A DNA stretch of 64,000 bases from Trueperaceae bacterium. Lineage in GTDB: Bacteria; Deinococcota; Deinococci; Deinococcales; Trueperaceae. Positions within the stretch are counted from its first letter, which is position 1. The number at the start of each line of letters is the position of its first letter. The notes below the pieces were generated by a model, which did no database searches, was not told the DNA's origin, and was given only the letters and a program-made list of their open reading frames with translations. Shown piece by piece: positions 1 through 9,090 of the stretch. Where the stretch lies: the NCBI GenBank assembly GCA_965215565.1, contig CBDCDZ010000004.1:4128001-4192000 (forward strand), read 5' to 3'. The position numbers and the translations under genes were made by a program.

Positions 1-73
1 TGCTTTATCGTCACGCTCCCTACAGACGAGAATTTAGAGCAGCGCTAGACTTCCTCCGAAAGGTGGAACATTT

Positions 74-961
74 ATGAGTAGCAACGCACGAGCGAGCGGC
101 ACCTTTAAGCTGGGTGGCGACACCGAAATCAACCGTTTAGGCTACGGCGCGATGCGCGTCACGGGTGAGGGCATCTGGGGACCGCCCGACGACAAGGAGG
201 AAGCCCTGCGTGTTTTGAAACGTCTGCCCGAGTTGGGCGTCAACTTCATCGACACGGCGGATTCTTACGGGCCTTTTGTGAGCGAAGATTTGCTCTGCGA
301 GGCGCTGCATCCTTACGACGGGCTCCTCATCGCGACGAAGGGCGGGCTGACGCGGCACGGTCCGAATGCGTGGCCCCCTGTAGGACGTCCCGAATACCTG
401 CGCCAGTGCGTCTTGATGAGTCTGCGCCGCTTGAACGTGGAGCGTATCGACCTCTGGCAACTCCACCGCATCGACCCGAAAGTGCCGCGCGAGGAGCAGT
501 TTGAGGAGATCGCTGCGATGCAAAAAGAGGGTCTCATCCGCCACGTCGGGCTGAGCGAAGTGAACGTAGAGGAGATTAAAGCGGCGCGTGAATACTTCGA
601 AGTGGCGAGCGTGCAAAACCTCTACAACCTCGTGACGCGCCAACACGAAGAGGTTTTAGACTACTGCGAAGGGGAGAACATCGGCTTCATCCCCTGGTTC
701 CCGCTCGCGTCAGGCAGCTTGGCGGAAAAAGGCAGCGTGATGGACGACGTAACGAGCCACTTAGACGCCTCGCCCTCACAAGTGGCGCTCGCCTGGATTT
801 TGAAGCGCAGCCCGGTCATGCTGCCGATTCCTGGGACGAGCAGCGTGTCTCACCTGGAGGAAAACGTCGCGGCGGCGTCTTTGGAGCTTAGCGATGAGGA
901 TTTTCGTGCGTTGGATGAAGCGGGGGCGCAGGAGTCGGAGAAGCAGCAAGAAGCGGCGTAA
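74..961 (+). CDS. Aldo/keto reductase family oxidoreductase
   Basis: Motifs [31 protein letters not shown] and PIPGTSS; RBS-like GGTGGA upstream. Confidence 0.9.
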   Translation: MSSNARASGTFKLGGDTEINRLGYGAMRVTGEGIWGPPDDKEEALRVLKRLPELGVNFIDTADSYGPFVSEDLLCEALHPYDGLLIATKGGLTRHGPNAWPPVGRPEYLRQCVLMSLRRLNVERIDLWQLHRIDPKVPREEQFEEIAAMQKEGLIRHVGLSEVNVEEIKAAREYFEVASVQNLYNLVTRQHEEVLDYCEGENIGFIPWFPLASGSLAEKGSVMDDVTSHLDASPSQVALAWILKRSPVMLPIPGTSSVSHLEENVAAASLELSDEDFRALDEAGAQESEKQQEAA

Positions 962-976
962 GCGGTTGAACACCAA

Positions 977-1022
977 AAGCAATGAGAGCGAAGGTCGTTC
1001 AACACCTTCGCTCTCATTGCTT
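977..1022. terminator. Bidirectional hairpin terminator between convergent genes
   Basis: Perfect 19-bp inverted repeat AAGCAATGAGAGCGAAGGT (977-995) / ACCTTCGCTCTCATTGCTT (1004-1022). Confidence 0.75.
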
Positions 1023-1027
1023 ACAAA

Positions 1028-1333
1028 CTACGCCTCATCGCTGAGTAGTTTTCCAAATCCTTCTTTATTCCAGTAGAGCTGCGTCCCCGCGCCTTGCAGC
1101 GCCGCGATAAGCAGCGCGTCCGCGACCTCTTGGCGGCTCGCGCCGACCTCTAACGCTTTGCGGATATGCAACTCGGTGCAGTGCTGACAGCGTAGCACCG
1201 ACGAGGTCGCGAGTTTGATGAGTTCGGCGGTCTTCTCGTCTAAAACGCTCTTGCTCGTCACATCGCGGTTGAAGTGTAAAAACGCCTCTCCCGTCTCGGA
1301 CGACGCTTCTTGAAACCAGGGTTTCTCGCTCAT
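1028..1333 (-). CDS. Carboxymuconolactone decarboxylase/AhpD-like protein
   Basis: LDEKTAELI...CQHC..HIRKALEVGAS pattern; start placed at MSEKPW behind an AGGAG RBS. Confidence 0.8.
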   Translation of the reverse strand: MSEKPWFQEASSETGEAFLHFNRDVTSKSVLDEKTAELIKLATSSVLRCQHCTELHIRKALEVGASRQEVADALLIAALQGAGTQLYWNKEGFGKLLSDEA

Positions 1334-1365
1334 GGCTGCTCCTTTTTCTACCGATACCAAGTTGC

Positions 1366-2466
1366 TTAAAACCCGTACACCTCATGCCGCTTCTGCGACA
1401 GTTTCTTGTGGTAGCCCGTCTCCTCCAAGTAGTCGTCGAACGCCTCGAAGTCCACCTGCTGCTTGTTGTCACTGAGCGCTACGGCTGGGTTCGGATGCAC
1501 CTCGATCATGATGCCGTCCGCGCCCGTCGCTAAGCCCGCTTTGGTCAGCGGGACCAAGAGGTCGCGGCGTCCGCCTGAATGGGTCACGTCAACGATGACA
1601 GGGAGGTGGGTCTCGAGCTTGGCCAGCGCCACCGCCGACACGTCGAGCGTGTTGCGCGTGTAGGTCTCGTAGGTGCGGATGCCGCGCTCGCAAAGGATGA
1701 TGTTGCTGTTGCCTTCGCTGAGGAGGTATTCCGCCGCCATGAGCCATTCTTCGATGGTCGCGCTTAAACCACGCTTTAAGAGGACGGGCTTGTTGGAGCG
1801 CCCTACCGCTTTAAGGAGCGTGAAGTTCTGCATGTTGCGCGCGCCTATTTGCATCACGTCGGCGTACTCCTCGAACATGGCGAGGTCACAAGCGTCCATG
1901 ATTTCGGAGATGAACTTGAGCCCGTGCTTGTCCGAGGTTTCGCGCCCAATGCGCAGACCCTCTTCGCCCAAACCTTGGAATGAGTAGGGATTGCTGCGCG
2001 GCTTGAACGCGCCGCCGCGAAAGAGCTGCACGCCGCGCTCCGCGACAAATGCCGCCGTAGCGTCCATCTGCTCTTTCGATTCGATGGAGCACGGACCCGC
2101 GATGAGTACGGGCGAGTGGTCGCTGCCGATGGGGATATCGCCGACGTGCACGACGGTATCGTCGGCTTTCGTTTTACGCGAGGTCAAGAATTTGACCTTG
2201 TCCGCCTCTTGCTCCAACTGCATACTCGCCTGAAAAATGGACTTGAAAAGCCCTTTGACTGTCGCGTCGCGAAAGGGTCCTCGGTTGGCTTGGGTCAAGC
2301 GCTCCAACATCTCTCTTTCACGAACAGGGTCGTAGTGAGATAACCCCTGCTCGGTCTGAACCTCGCCAATGGCTTCAGCGAGTTCGGCTCGTTGAGAGAG
2401 CAGGTCTAAAAGTTGTAAATTGAGCGTGTCAATTTGGTCGCGTAAGTTCTGAATCTTCTCGTTCAC
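1366..2466 (-). CDS. Bifunctional chorismate mutase (AroQ) / DAHP synthase (class I-beta)
   Basis: N-terminal LRDQID...DPVRE mutase domain; IAGPCSIE, RGGAFKPR, QIGARNMQN, LCERGIR and IVDVTH motifs. Confidence 0.93.
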   Translation of the reverse strand: MNEKIQNLRDQIDTLNLQLLDLLSQRAELAEAIGEVQTEQGLSHYDPVREREMLERLTQANRGPFRDATVKGLFKSIFQASMQLEQEADKVKFLTSRKTKADDTVVHVGDIPIGSDHSPVLIAGPCSIESKEQMDATAAFVAERGVQLFRGGAFKPRSNPYSFQGLGEEGLRIGRETSDKHGLKFISEIMDACDLAMFEEYADVMQIGARNMQNFTLLKAVGRSNKPVLLKRGLSATIEEWLMAAEYLLSEGNSNIILCERGIRTYETYTRNTLDVSAVALAKLETHLPVIVDVTHSGGRRDLLVPLTKAGLATGADGIMIEVHPNPAVALSDNKQQVDFEAFDDYLEETGYHKKLSQKRHEVYGF

Positions 2467-3163
2467 TGGGCACCTTCCGCTGTGATAGATGTACGACTAC
2501 AATACTAACCTCATAGAGTAGCACAAGTGGCACAGCGACGAGGGCAAGGTTCAAGGGGTCGGGCGTCGGCGTAATCACGGCCGCAACGATCCAGCAGCCC
2601 ACAAACGTGTAGCGGCGGTATTGCCGCAGCATCGGTGCGTAGAGAAAGCCGAGCCGCGCCAAGAGAAAGCTCAAAACGGGCAGTTCGAAGATAAAGCCAA
2701 AAATCGCCAGATAGAGGATGATTTTAGAAATATAGTCGCCGATACTCAAGATAAGCTGCACTTCGCCTGGCACAAAGCCGATGATGACAGGTAGAGCGAA
2801 GGGCAAGATGGCGTAGTAGGAGAAGAGCACGCCGCCCGCAAAGGCGAGCGCGGTGCCGAGGACGAAGGGAACCGCCCAGCGGCGCTCTTCGGGGTAGAGC
2901 CCCGGCGCGATAAAACCCCAGAGTTGCCCGACGATCACGGGAGCCGCCAAAACGAGCCCGAAAAAGATCGCGATCTGCATACTGATGAGGATGCCCTCGA
3001 GCAGCCGAAACGCATTGAGCGTTACGGTAGGTGGCAAGGGTGCTTTGAGCCACTCGAGCAGGTTATCACGGAAATAGAATGCCGCCCCACCCGCCACAGC
3101 CCAGCTTCCTAGCGCAATAAAGAGCCGGGTGCGCAGCTCCTCAAAATGTTCGATTAAGGTCAC
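2429..3163 (-). CDS. tatC: Twin-arginine translocase subunit TatC
   Basis: MTLIEHFEELRTRL start, FIAPGLYPEE, FELP and ITPTPDP motifs; about six TM helices. Confidence 0.95.
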   Translation of the reverse strand: MTLIEHFEELRTRLFIALGSWAVAGGAAFYFRDNLLEWLKAPLPPTVTLNAFRLLEGILISMQIAIFFGLVLAAPVIVGQLWGFIAPGLYPEERRWAVPFVLGTALAFAGGVLFSYYAILPFALPVIIGFVPGEVQLILSIGDYISKIILYLAIFGFIFELPVLSFLLARLGFLYAPMLRQYRRYTFVGCWIVAAVITPTPDPLNLALVAVPLVLLYEVSIVVVHLSQRKVPSEREDSELTRPN

Positions 3164-3226
3164 GCTGCAAGTCCTTCATAGTTTAGATCAATGCACCAAA
3201 GAGGCGCTTTGAAGAGGTTGGGCGGA

Positions 3227-3508
3227 TTAAGCAGACTTAACTTCGGTCTTCTCGGTGGTATTTGAAGAGGTAGAAGAGGTATCCGCCTCCGCCGCTTCGC
3301 TCTTGGCGGTGCTCACGTTGCTGTCTTTGCTCGGCTTCTTATCCTCATCGTCATTCGTGACTTCATCTTTCATGTCGCGAATGCCTTTACGAAATTCGCG
3401 CACCGATTGACCGATGCCTTTTGCCATTTCGGGCAGGCGGCGCGGACCGAAAACGAGCAACACGATGACCAAGATGATGATGATTTCGGGTAGACCTATG
3501 TTCGGCAT
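3227..3508 (-). CDS. tatA: Twin-arginine translocase subunit TatA
   Basis: IGLPEIIIILVIVLLVFGPRRLPEMAKGIGQSVREFRKG. Confidence 0.93.
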   Translation of the reverse strand: MPNIGLPEIIIILVIVLLVFGPRRLPEMAKGIGQSVREFRKGIRDMKDEVTNDDEDKKPSKDSNVSTAKSEAAEADTSSTSSNTTEKTEVKSA

Positions 3509-3635
3509 GGTGAAACCTCCTGTTTTATTATTTAGTCTAGCACCTTTGACCGGGGACGAACGTCACGGTGCGCTATGAAGGACTTCATGAAGGAAAAGAG
3601 GGTGCGTCAAGCACCCCCTGAACCACAGCTTCTCG

Positions 3636-4589
3636 TTACTTGATGCTGCCGTTTAAGCCGTCCGGGAAGAAACCGCCGGGCGTACCTGCTGCGCCGAGAT
3701 AAACAATCGCTAACACTTCGGCTGTAGTGCGGGCAAAAGCGAGACCGTTCTCGTCCGTAGGAACGATATTTGCGTTGCCGTCTACGACTATGGACTCATC
3801 TTTACCGCCACCAACTGCTGCGCGCAGCCCTGAAATCGCACCGATAACAGCGCTGACCGGTAATTCGGTGACGCCGTCGCCCCCCGGAATGGCAATGGTA
3901 TCGCGCTCCTGGTAGAGCAGCGTACGAACTTCGCTCGCGTGATAAGCTTCGACGGCTAGAATGCTCGCCGCTGCGCCGAGACGCCCTTTGTTGGAGATAA
4001 GCGTTGCGCCGCCGTTATAGGCGGTGACGCCGACGTCTTCAAAGATGAACGCGCCGTGCAAGAAGAACAGCGGATTGGCGTAGGGGTCGAACGCTGAAAG
4101 TGCACCGACAGTCGCATCGTCAAGCCCCGCGTTGGTACCTGCGGCGGCTGCGGCTGCCCCGAACGCGCCGCTTGCGCCGCCTGCAATGTTGATGTTTGGG
4201 CGGGCGACGGCGGCGTCACCTAGTGCTGTGCGCAAGAACTTGACATGGTTCTCTTCGTCTGTAGCGATCTCGTTAGCGTAAGCTTCGAGTGCAGCGTCAT
4301 CACCGAAGTCAACAGCGCTTCCGCCCGTGACCGTCCCTTCGGTGCCTTCACCACTCGTCTCGTAAGTTGGCGTGCGCCCGACAGCAGCTAAGTAGAACTC
4401 CGCCTCGAGGTACTCCAAATTTAGGGCGAAGTTCAGAACGGCGATGTCCATTTCGTCGGCGTTCATATCGTCTTCTTGACCCATCGCGCCGCCACACGCT
4501 GTAATCACCGCGCCCGCGCCCATCATGCCCAAGTTGCCGAGCAAGCGCCGGCGGTTCAGTTTGGCTCCGAGAAGTTTCTGAATATCCAT
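3636..4589 (-). CDS. Ferritin-like desiccation-related lipoprotein (PCC13-62/DR_B0118-like) with Tat signal
   Basis: NRRRLL twin-Arg motif and ITAC lipobox; LNFALNLEYLEAEFY, DEENHV, FEDVGVTAY, VEAYHA and GGFFPDGLNG motifs. Confidence 0.85.
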   Translation of the reverse strand: MDIQKLLGAKLNRRRLLGNLGMMGAGAVITACGGAMGQEDDMNADEMDIAVLNFALNLEYLEAEFYLAAVGRTPTYETSGEGTEGTVTGGSAVDFGDDAALEAYANEIATDEENHVKFLRTALGDAAVARPNINIAGGASGAFGAAAAAAGTNAGLDDATVGALSAFDPYANPLFFLHGAFIFEDVGVTAYNGGATLISNKGRLGAAASILAVEAYHASEVRTLLYQERDTIAIPGGDGVTELPVSAVIGAISGLRAAVGGGKDESIVVDGNANIVPTDENGLAFARTTAEVLAIVYLGAAGTPGGFFPDGLNGSIK

Positions 4590-4994
4590 ATTGCCTCCTG
4601 TAATGATAGGTCTTAGCCGACAACAATCCGCGCCGGGGGAGGTTAGGACAATTGAGGGTTTTATAGACCTTCTCTACTAGATGTAACGCTTTATTCACAT
4701 ATTTGGATGTTAAAATTTTCACTACTCTGGAAAATTCTCATCCGGTATCTGTTCTATTTTATGTCTCCTTAGAAAGCGCAAACGCAATCCTGGTGCTGAA
4801 AAAACTTCATGAAGGTGGTTTTCACGCGGCTTGCTTGTAATTAAATCCACACTCCGCGTATACTAGAGCGGTTCTAAAAGCAGTTATCTCAAGTAGCGAG
4901 GATGTGCTCACGCGCGCGCACCTCTCAGACCGGCTCAAATCAAGCTCGAGCTTTGTTCGGTATCTGCTTGCATAACCTAACTTTGGAGGTAAGG

Positions 4995-6095
4995 ATGAAA
5001 CGTCGTGATTTTCTAAAAAAAGCGGGTGTCGTCGCTGCTAGCACCTCACTCTCGCCCCTCATGTTCGCGAACGCGCAATCGTCATCGTTCAGCTTCGAGA
5101 TGGTCACGTCGTGGCCTACCTCGCTCGATACGATTTACGGGGGCGCAACCAATACGGCGGCATATTTAGAGGAGTTGACCGACGGTGACGTCACCGTCGA
5201 GGTGTACCCGGCGGGCGCACAGGTCGGTGGCTTAGAGGTCTACGACGCGGTCTCGTCGGGCGCATTCGTGATGGGTCACACGGCGTCGTACTACTACGTC
5301 GGTAAGGACCCCACCCACGCCTTTTTTACCGCCGTGCCGTTCGGTCTCAACGCGCAGCAGATGAACGCCTGGTTCTATCAGGGCGGCGCGCTGGACCTGT
5401 TCAACGAACTCAACGCCAGAGACGGGCTCATCGCGTTCCCGGCGGGTAATACGGGCGTGCAGATGGGCGGCTGGTTCAATCAAGAGATCAACACGCCCGC
5501 TGACTTGCAAGGCTTGACGATGCGCATCCCCGGCTTGGGCGGTCAGGTCATGACCCGCGCGGGCGCGAACGTGCAGGTCATCCCTGGTGGCGAAATCTTC
5601 CTAGCGCTCGACACAGGCGTGATTGACGCCGCCGAGTGGATTGGACCCTACGACGATGAGATTTTAGGGCTTAACACCGCTGCGCAGTTCTACTACGCTC
5701 CCGGCTGGCACGAGCCCGGTCCGTCGCTCGCCACCTATATCAACCTGAGCGAGTACGAGAGCTTACCCGCCGACATTCAACAAGCGATTCAGAAAGCCTC
5801 GGCGCGCGCCAACTTGCAGATGCTCGCCGATTACGACGCGAAGAATGGTCCAGCGCTCAACCGCTTAGTCGAGGCGGGCGCACAGCTTCGCGACTTCCCG
5901 GACGAGGTCTTAGTATCTCTGGAAGACGCCATGAACGCCATCCACGAGGAGACCGCCGCCAGCAACGACTTCTACGGACAGGTCTACCAGAACTTCTTGG
6001 GCTTCCGCGACGGCATCCGTGACTGGCACCGGATCAGCGAGTATGCCTACCAGAACTACGTCTACCGCAACGCGGAGGGTAGCAGCGAAGGCTAA
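4995..6095 (+). CDS. TRAP transporter substrate-binding protein (DctP/TakP-like) with Tat signal
   Basis: MKRRDFLKK; MVTSWP, GNTGVQMGGWF, MRIPGLGG, DAAEWIGP and PGWHEPG motifs; GGAGG RBS supports start 4995. Confidence 0.9.
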   Translation: MKRRDFLKKAGVVAASTSLSPLMFANAQSSSFSFEMVTSWPTSLDTIYGGATNTAAYLEELTDGDVTVEVYPAGAQVGGLEVYDAVSSGAFVMGHTASYYYVGKDPTHAFFTAVPFGLNAQQMNAWFYQGGALDLFNELNARDGLIAFPAGNTGVQMGGWFNQEINTPADLQGLTMRIPGLGGQVMTRAGANVQVIPGGEIFLALDTGVIDAAEWIGPYDDEILGLNTAAQFYYAPGWHEPGPSLATYINLSEYESLPADIQQAIQKASARANLQMLADYDAKNGPALNRLVEAGAQLRDFPDEVLVSLEDAMNAIHEETAASNDFYGQVYQNFLGFRDGIRDWHRISEYAYQNYVYRNAEGSSEG

Positions 6096-6109
6096 ACGAA
6101 AGTCTATAG

Positions 6110-6147
6110 TAGGCAGGCTCTCTCTAAGGTTCGGGAGAGCTTGTCTA
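6110..6147 (+). terminator. Probable intrinsic terminator hairpin
   Basis: TAGGCAGGCTCTCT ... GGGAGAGCTTGTCTA imperfect inverted repeat just after the TRAP gene. Confidence 0.55.
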
Positions 6148-6198
6148 ATTTGGATGGAGGCCAACTTCTAAAGCAATTAACATAAGTACTGATTGGAA

Positions 6199-6282
6199 TA
6201 GCGCAAGTATCATTCTCAAATGTGCGTGCTACACGGTGTTCTACATCGTGAGAGCGTCTCAAACCAAATGATACTTGCTATA
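6199..6282. repeat. ~80-bp MITE/REP-like element, copy A
   Basis: GCAAGTATCATT...AATGATACTTGCTATA termini; internal AATGTGCG...GTGAGAGCGTCTCAAACCA shared with four other copies. Confidence 0.8.
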
Positions 6283-6351
6283 GTACTTGAACGCCTCCAA
6301 ACCCTACGCAAACGAACCGCTTTCTCTTCGCGTATGGGCTAGACTAGCATT

Positions 6352-6624
6352 ATGAAAAAAGAGATCAAGCTCGAGGTAGATAAAGAGACCGCCTTAGGAC
6401 GTTACGCCAACGTCGCGATCATCGCCCACACAAAAGACGAATTTATTCTCGACTTCGCGCTCGCCTATCCTGGACAGTCGCCCACGGTGAATTCGCGCAT
6501 CATCACGAGCCCGCAGCACGCCAAAGCGCTCTTGCGGAGCTTAGAGGACAACGTACGTAAATTCGAGGCGCGTCACGGCGCGATTGCGGAGCCCGCGAAG
6601 CGTATAGGCGGCGAGCAAAATTAG
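6352..6624 (+). CDS. DUF3467 family protein
   Basis: GRYANVAIIAHTKDEFILDF...RIITSPQHAKAL; leaderless TAGACT-N6-ATG. Confidence 0.8.
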   Translation: MKKEIKLEVDKETALGRYANVAIIAHTKDEFILDFALAYPGQSPTVNSRIITSPQHAKALLRSLEDNVRKFEARHGAIAEPAKRIGGEQN

Positions 6625-6686
6625 ATACTAGATAGCAGTTCCACTTACTGTTGCTTGAGTGCAACTATGCGAAGCAACACTTTTCC

Positions 6687-6787
6687 ACAGATATCATCCC
6701 CGAAAGTGTGTGCTAGGCGATGTTCTCTTTAGTAAGAGCGTTGCTTCGCATGGCTTCGCCCAAGCTGACCAGATGATACCTGCTATA
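6687..6787. repeat. ~80-bp MITE/REP-like element, copy B (about 20-bp internal insertion)
   Basis: CAGATATCATCC...ACCAGATGATACCTGCTATA. Confidence 0.7.
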
Positions 6788-7051
6788 GAGATAGCAGGAT
6801 GAAGGGGTTCATCCTGTTTCATGTGGTCTCGGGGAGAGGCTCTGCGGATTCCTAAGTTGTGTCCACGAAGAGTGCTGTTGAGGGGATATTAGAGGAGCCG
6901 ATAACGAACCTCTTCTGTCCGCCGCCTTTTTACTCCTGTATTTCTTCAAAACCGCATAAGCGCTAAAAAGTGACGCGAGATTCAGATGCCAGTCACTTTC
7001 CGCTGTTGTTCGGCTTACCCACATCCCCATCTAAGCGAGCTTTAATGAAGT

Positions 7052-7678
7052 ATGTCTGATGTGGTCGTCTACTTCGATTATCTCTGTCCCTTTGCTTGGC
7101 GCGGCGCGGAAGTCGCGCACGTCGTTGAGCGCGAACTCGGTCTCAGCTTCGAGTGGCGGCATTTTAGCCTCTATCAGAGCAACTACAGCAACGATCATGG
7201 TGGTGGCAACGGCTGGCAGCTTTGGAACGACCGCATCGAACCGGAGAGTGACAACGGCAGCAAAGGGCTACTCCCTTTTTTAGCGTCTTGTGCAGCGCGT
7301 CGGCAAGGCCCGGAGCTACATGCCCGCTTCCGCATGGCGCTGATGCGAGCGCGTTACCGTGAGCATAAACCTTATACGCTCACGACGCTTAAAGAGGTAG
7401 CTGGCGCGGTAGGATTACACGTTCCTAAGTTCGAAAGTGACCTCTCTGACCCGGAGTGCCGCACCACCTTAGCGCACGAACACCACCGTGCTGTGGCGCT
7501 AGATGTTTTCGGCACGCCGACTTTTTGTTTTCCGAACGGTCACACGTCGTATTTTCGCATCAACGCGCTACCTCGCAGTGACGAAGAGGCGGTTGACCTC
7601 TTTCAGAGTTACTGGCAGATGTTAGAACGCTATCCCTATTTAGAGACCATTAAGCGCCCGCGCGTCAAAGGGAATTAG
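7052..7678 (+). CDS. DsbA-family (DSBA-like thioredoxin) protein
   Basis: VYFDYLCPFAW and VFGTPTF motifs. Confidence 0.8.
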   Translation: MSDVVVYFDYLCPFAWRGAEVAHVVERELGLSFEWRHFSLYQSNYSNDHGGGNGWQLWNDRIEPESDNGSKGLLPFLASCAARRQGPELHARFRMALMRARYREHKPYTLTTLKEVAGAVGLHVPKFESDLSDPECRTTLAHEHHRAVALDVFGTPTFCFPNGHTSYFRINALPRSDEEAVDLFQSYWQMLERYPYLETIKRPRVKGN

Positions 7679-7697
7679 GCGCGCTTAAATTTTAGCT

Positions 7698-7729
7698 GCG
7701 CCGCTTCGAGGATTTGGAGCGGCGTTTTT
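7698..7729 (+). terminator. Intrinsic terminator
   Basis: GCGCCGCTTC...GGAGCGGCG followed by TTTTT. Confidence 0.7.
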
Positions 7730-7784
7730 CGGAGAGGCTCGAGCCCTCTAGTCCTGATTTTTGTAGCAGGTATCCGTATATTAA

Positions 7785-7925
7785 GAGAAGCGAGGTGATG
7801 CCCAGCAAGTATCAGCTTTAGGGCTAACAGATGAACTGCACACCTCGCTCACTAAGCTACACGGAGCTTGCCTGATACTAAGACGCTTAGTAGCCTCATA
7901 GACGGATAAGCAGCTACCGTGAGCA
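7785..7925 (+). ncRNA. Predicted IS110 bridge RNA (target-binding and donor-binding loops)
   Basis: Stem GCGAGGTG/CACCTCGC encloses AGCAAGTATC and CAGATGA, which match the target; a second stem encloses ATACTAAG and ACGGA, which match the element ends; boundaries approximate. Confidence 0.75.
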
Positions 7926-7943
7926 GCAACCTAAGGAGGTTGT

Positions 7944-8882
7944 ATGGTCATTATAGGGGTTGATCCACATCCGCAGAGCCATACCGCAGCAGCGTTAGAT
8001 AAACAGGGCAAGGTATTAGGTCACTGCACCGTTACGAATACGGCTGAGGGCTTGGCAACTTTGGAGCACTGGATAAAGCGCTATGACGTTCAGCGGTGCG
8101 CTATTGAAGGGGCGAATAACCCCTTTGCTCGGAGGTTGAGTCAAGCGTTGCTCGGGCAGGACCATAAGGTTGTGGACATTAGTCCGAGTCTGACGAGTCA
8201 GTACCGCAGCAAAAGAGGACGCAAGAAGAGTGATGAGGTAGACGCTGAAAACGTAGCTCGGGCTGCTTTGGCTAATCCTGAGCTGACTACGTTTGCACCT
8301 CGGCAAGCGGTTGAAGACCTCAAACATCTGACCCGCACCCGAGAAGCGCTAGCTAAACAGCTTACAGCGCACAAGCTGAGCTTAGCGAGCCTTGAGCTAG
8401 AGGTGGCTCGCCAAGCCGTCGAAGCCGTTATTGCAGTGCTTAAAGAACAACTCAAGACGCTCGAGCAGGCGATGAAAGCCCTCGTTGACGAACTGATGCC
8501 TGAACTCTTAGAGGTCTTTGGCGTCGGCGTCGTTCACGCCGCCACGCTACTTGCTGAAGCAGGTGACATCCGACGCTTTCGTTCACAACACGCCTTTGCC
8601 ATGTATTCAGGTTGTGCGCCTGTCGAGCGCTCTTCTGGTGGTCAGAAGAGAAGGCAACTCAACATCGGCGGCAACCGTCGGCTCAACCGCACCTTTCACA
8701 TGATTGCCCAAGTCAGACTGCGCCACAGCGAACCGACAAGAGCCTATCTCGACAAGAAACAGCAGCAAGGCAAGACCCGCCGGGCTGCTCTAAGAAGTCT
8801 CAAAACCTATCTCGCAAGAGAACTCTTTCGTTTCATGCTGCAAGTCACTCAGCAGCACCCACAGAGGTGGAAGGGGGCTTGA
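7944..8882 (+). CDS. IS110 family transposase (DEDD recombinase)
   Basis: IIGVDPH, AIEG and KSDEVDA (DEDD); C-terminal AMYSGCAPVERSSGG and GNRRLNR; AAGGAGG RBS. Confidence 0.95.
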   Translation: MVIIGVDPHPQSHTAAALDKQGKVLGHCTVTNTAEGLATLEHWIKRYDVQRCAIEGANNPFARRLSQALLGQDHKVVDISPSLTSQYRSKRGRKKSDEVDAENVARAALANPELTTFAPRQAVEDLKHLTRTREALAKQLTAHKLSLASLELEVARQAVEAVIAVLKEQLKTLEQAMKALVDELMPELLEVFGVGVVHAATLLAEAGDIRRFRSQHAFAMYSGCAPVERSSGGQKRRQLNIGGNRRLNRTFHMIAQVRLRHSEPTRAYLDKKQQQGKTRRAALRSLKTYLARELFRFMLQVTQQHPQRWKGA

Positions 8883-8898
8883 CAACTCTATACTAAGT

Positions 8899-8968
8899 TC
8901 ATCTGGTTTGAGACACTCTCACTCTAAAAAGCAGCGTTTAGGACGCACATTGTGAGATGATACCTGCG
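8899..8968 (-). repeat. MITE/REP-like element copy C, main part (its other tip is at 7762-7774)
   Basis: Reverse complement reads CGCAGGTATCATCTCACAATGTGCGTCCTAAACG...GTGAGAGTGTCTCAAACCAGATGA. Confidence 0.85.
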
Positions 8969-9054
8969 GCGTTCTGTCTCAGTATATTTTGGAACTGCTA
9001 TTGAAATTGCGTAACGGGAGCCGTGTTCAACACATCCTCCTAATGAATCAACGG

Positions 9055-9083
9055 TTGACACCTTCTATACTGCTCGGTATACT
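9055..9083 (+). promoter_or_regulatory. Sigma70 promoter of tetR with overlapping operator
   Basis: TTGACA-17-TATACT, 7 nt before the GTG start; palindrome TATACTGCTCGGTATA at 9066-9081. Confidence 0.75.
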
Positions 9084-9090
9084 CGTTGGT

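Larger units (their letters stand above)
7773..8900 (+). mobile_element. IS110-family insertion sequence inserted in MITE/REP-like copy C
   Basis: Flanks rejoin to TAGCAGGTA-TC-ATCTGGTTTGAGAC, the repeat terminus; TC core present at both 7773-7774 and 8899-8900; long non-coding left end and short right end. Confidence 0.9.
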
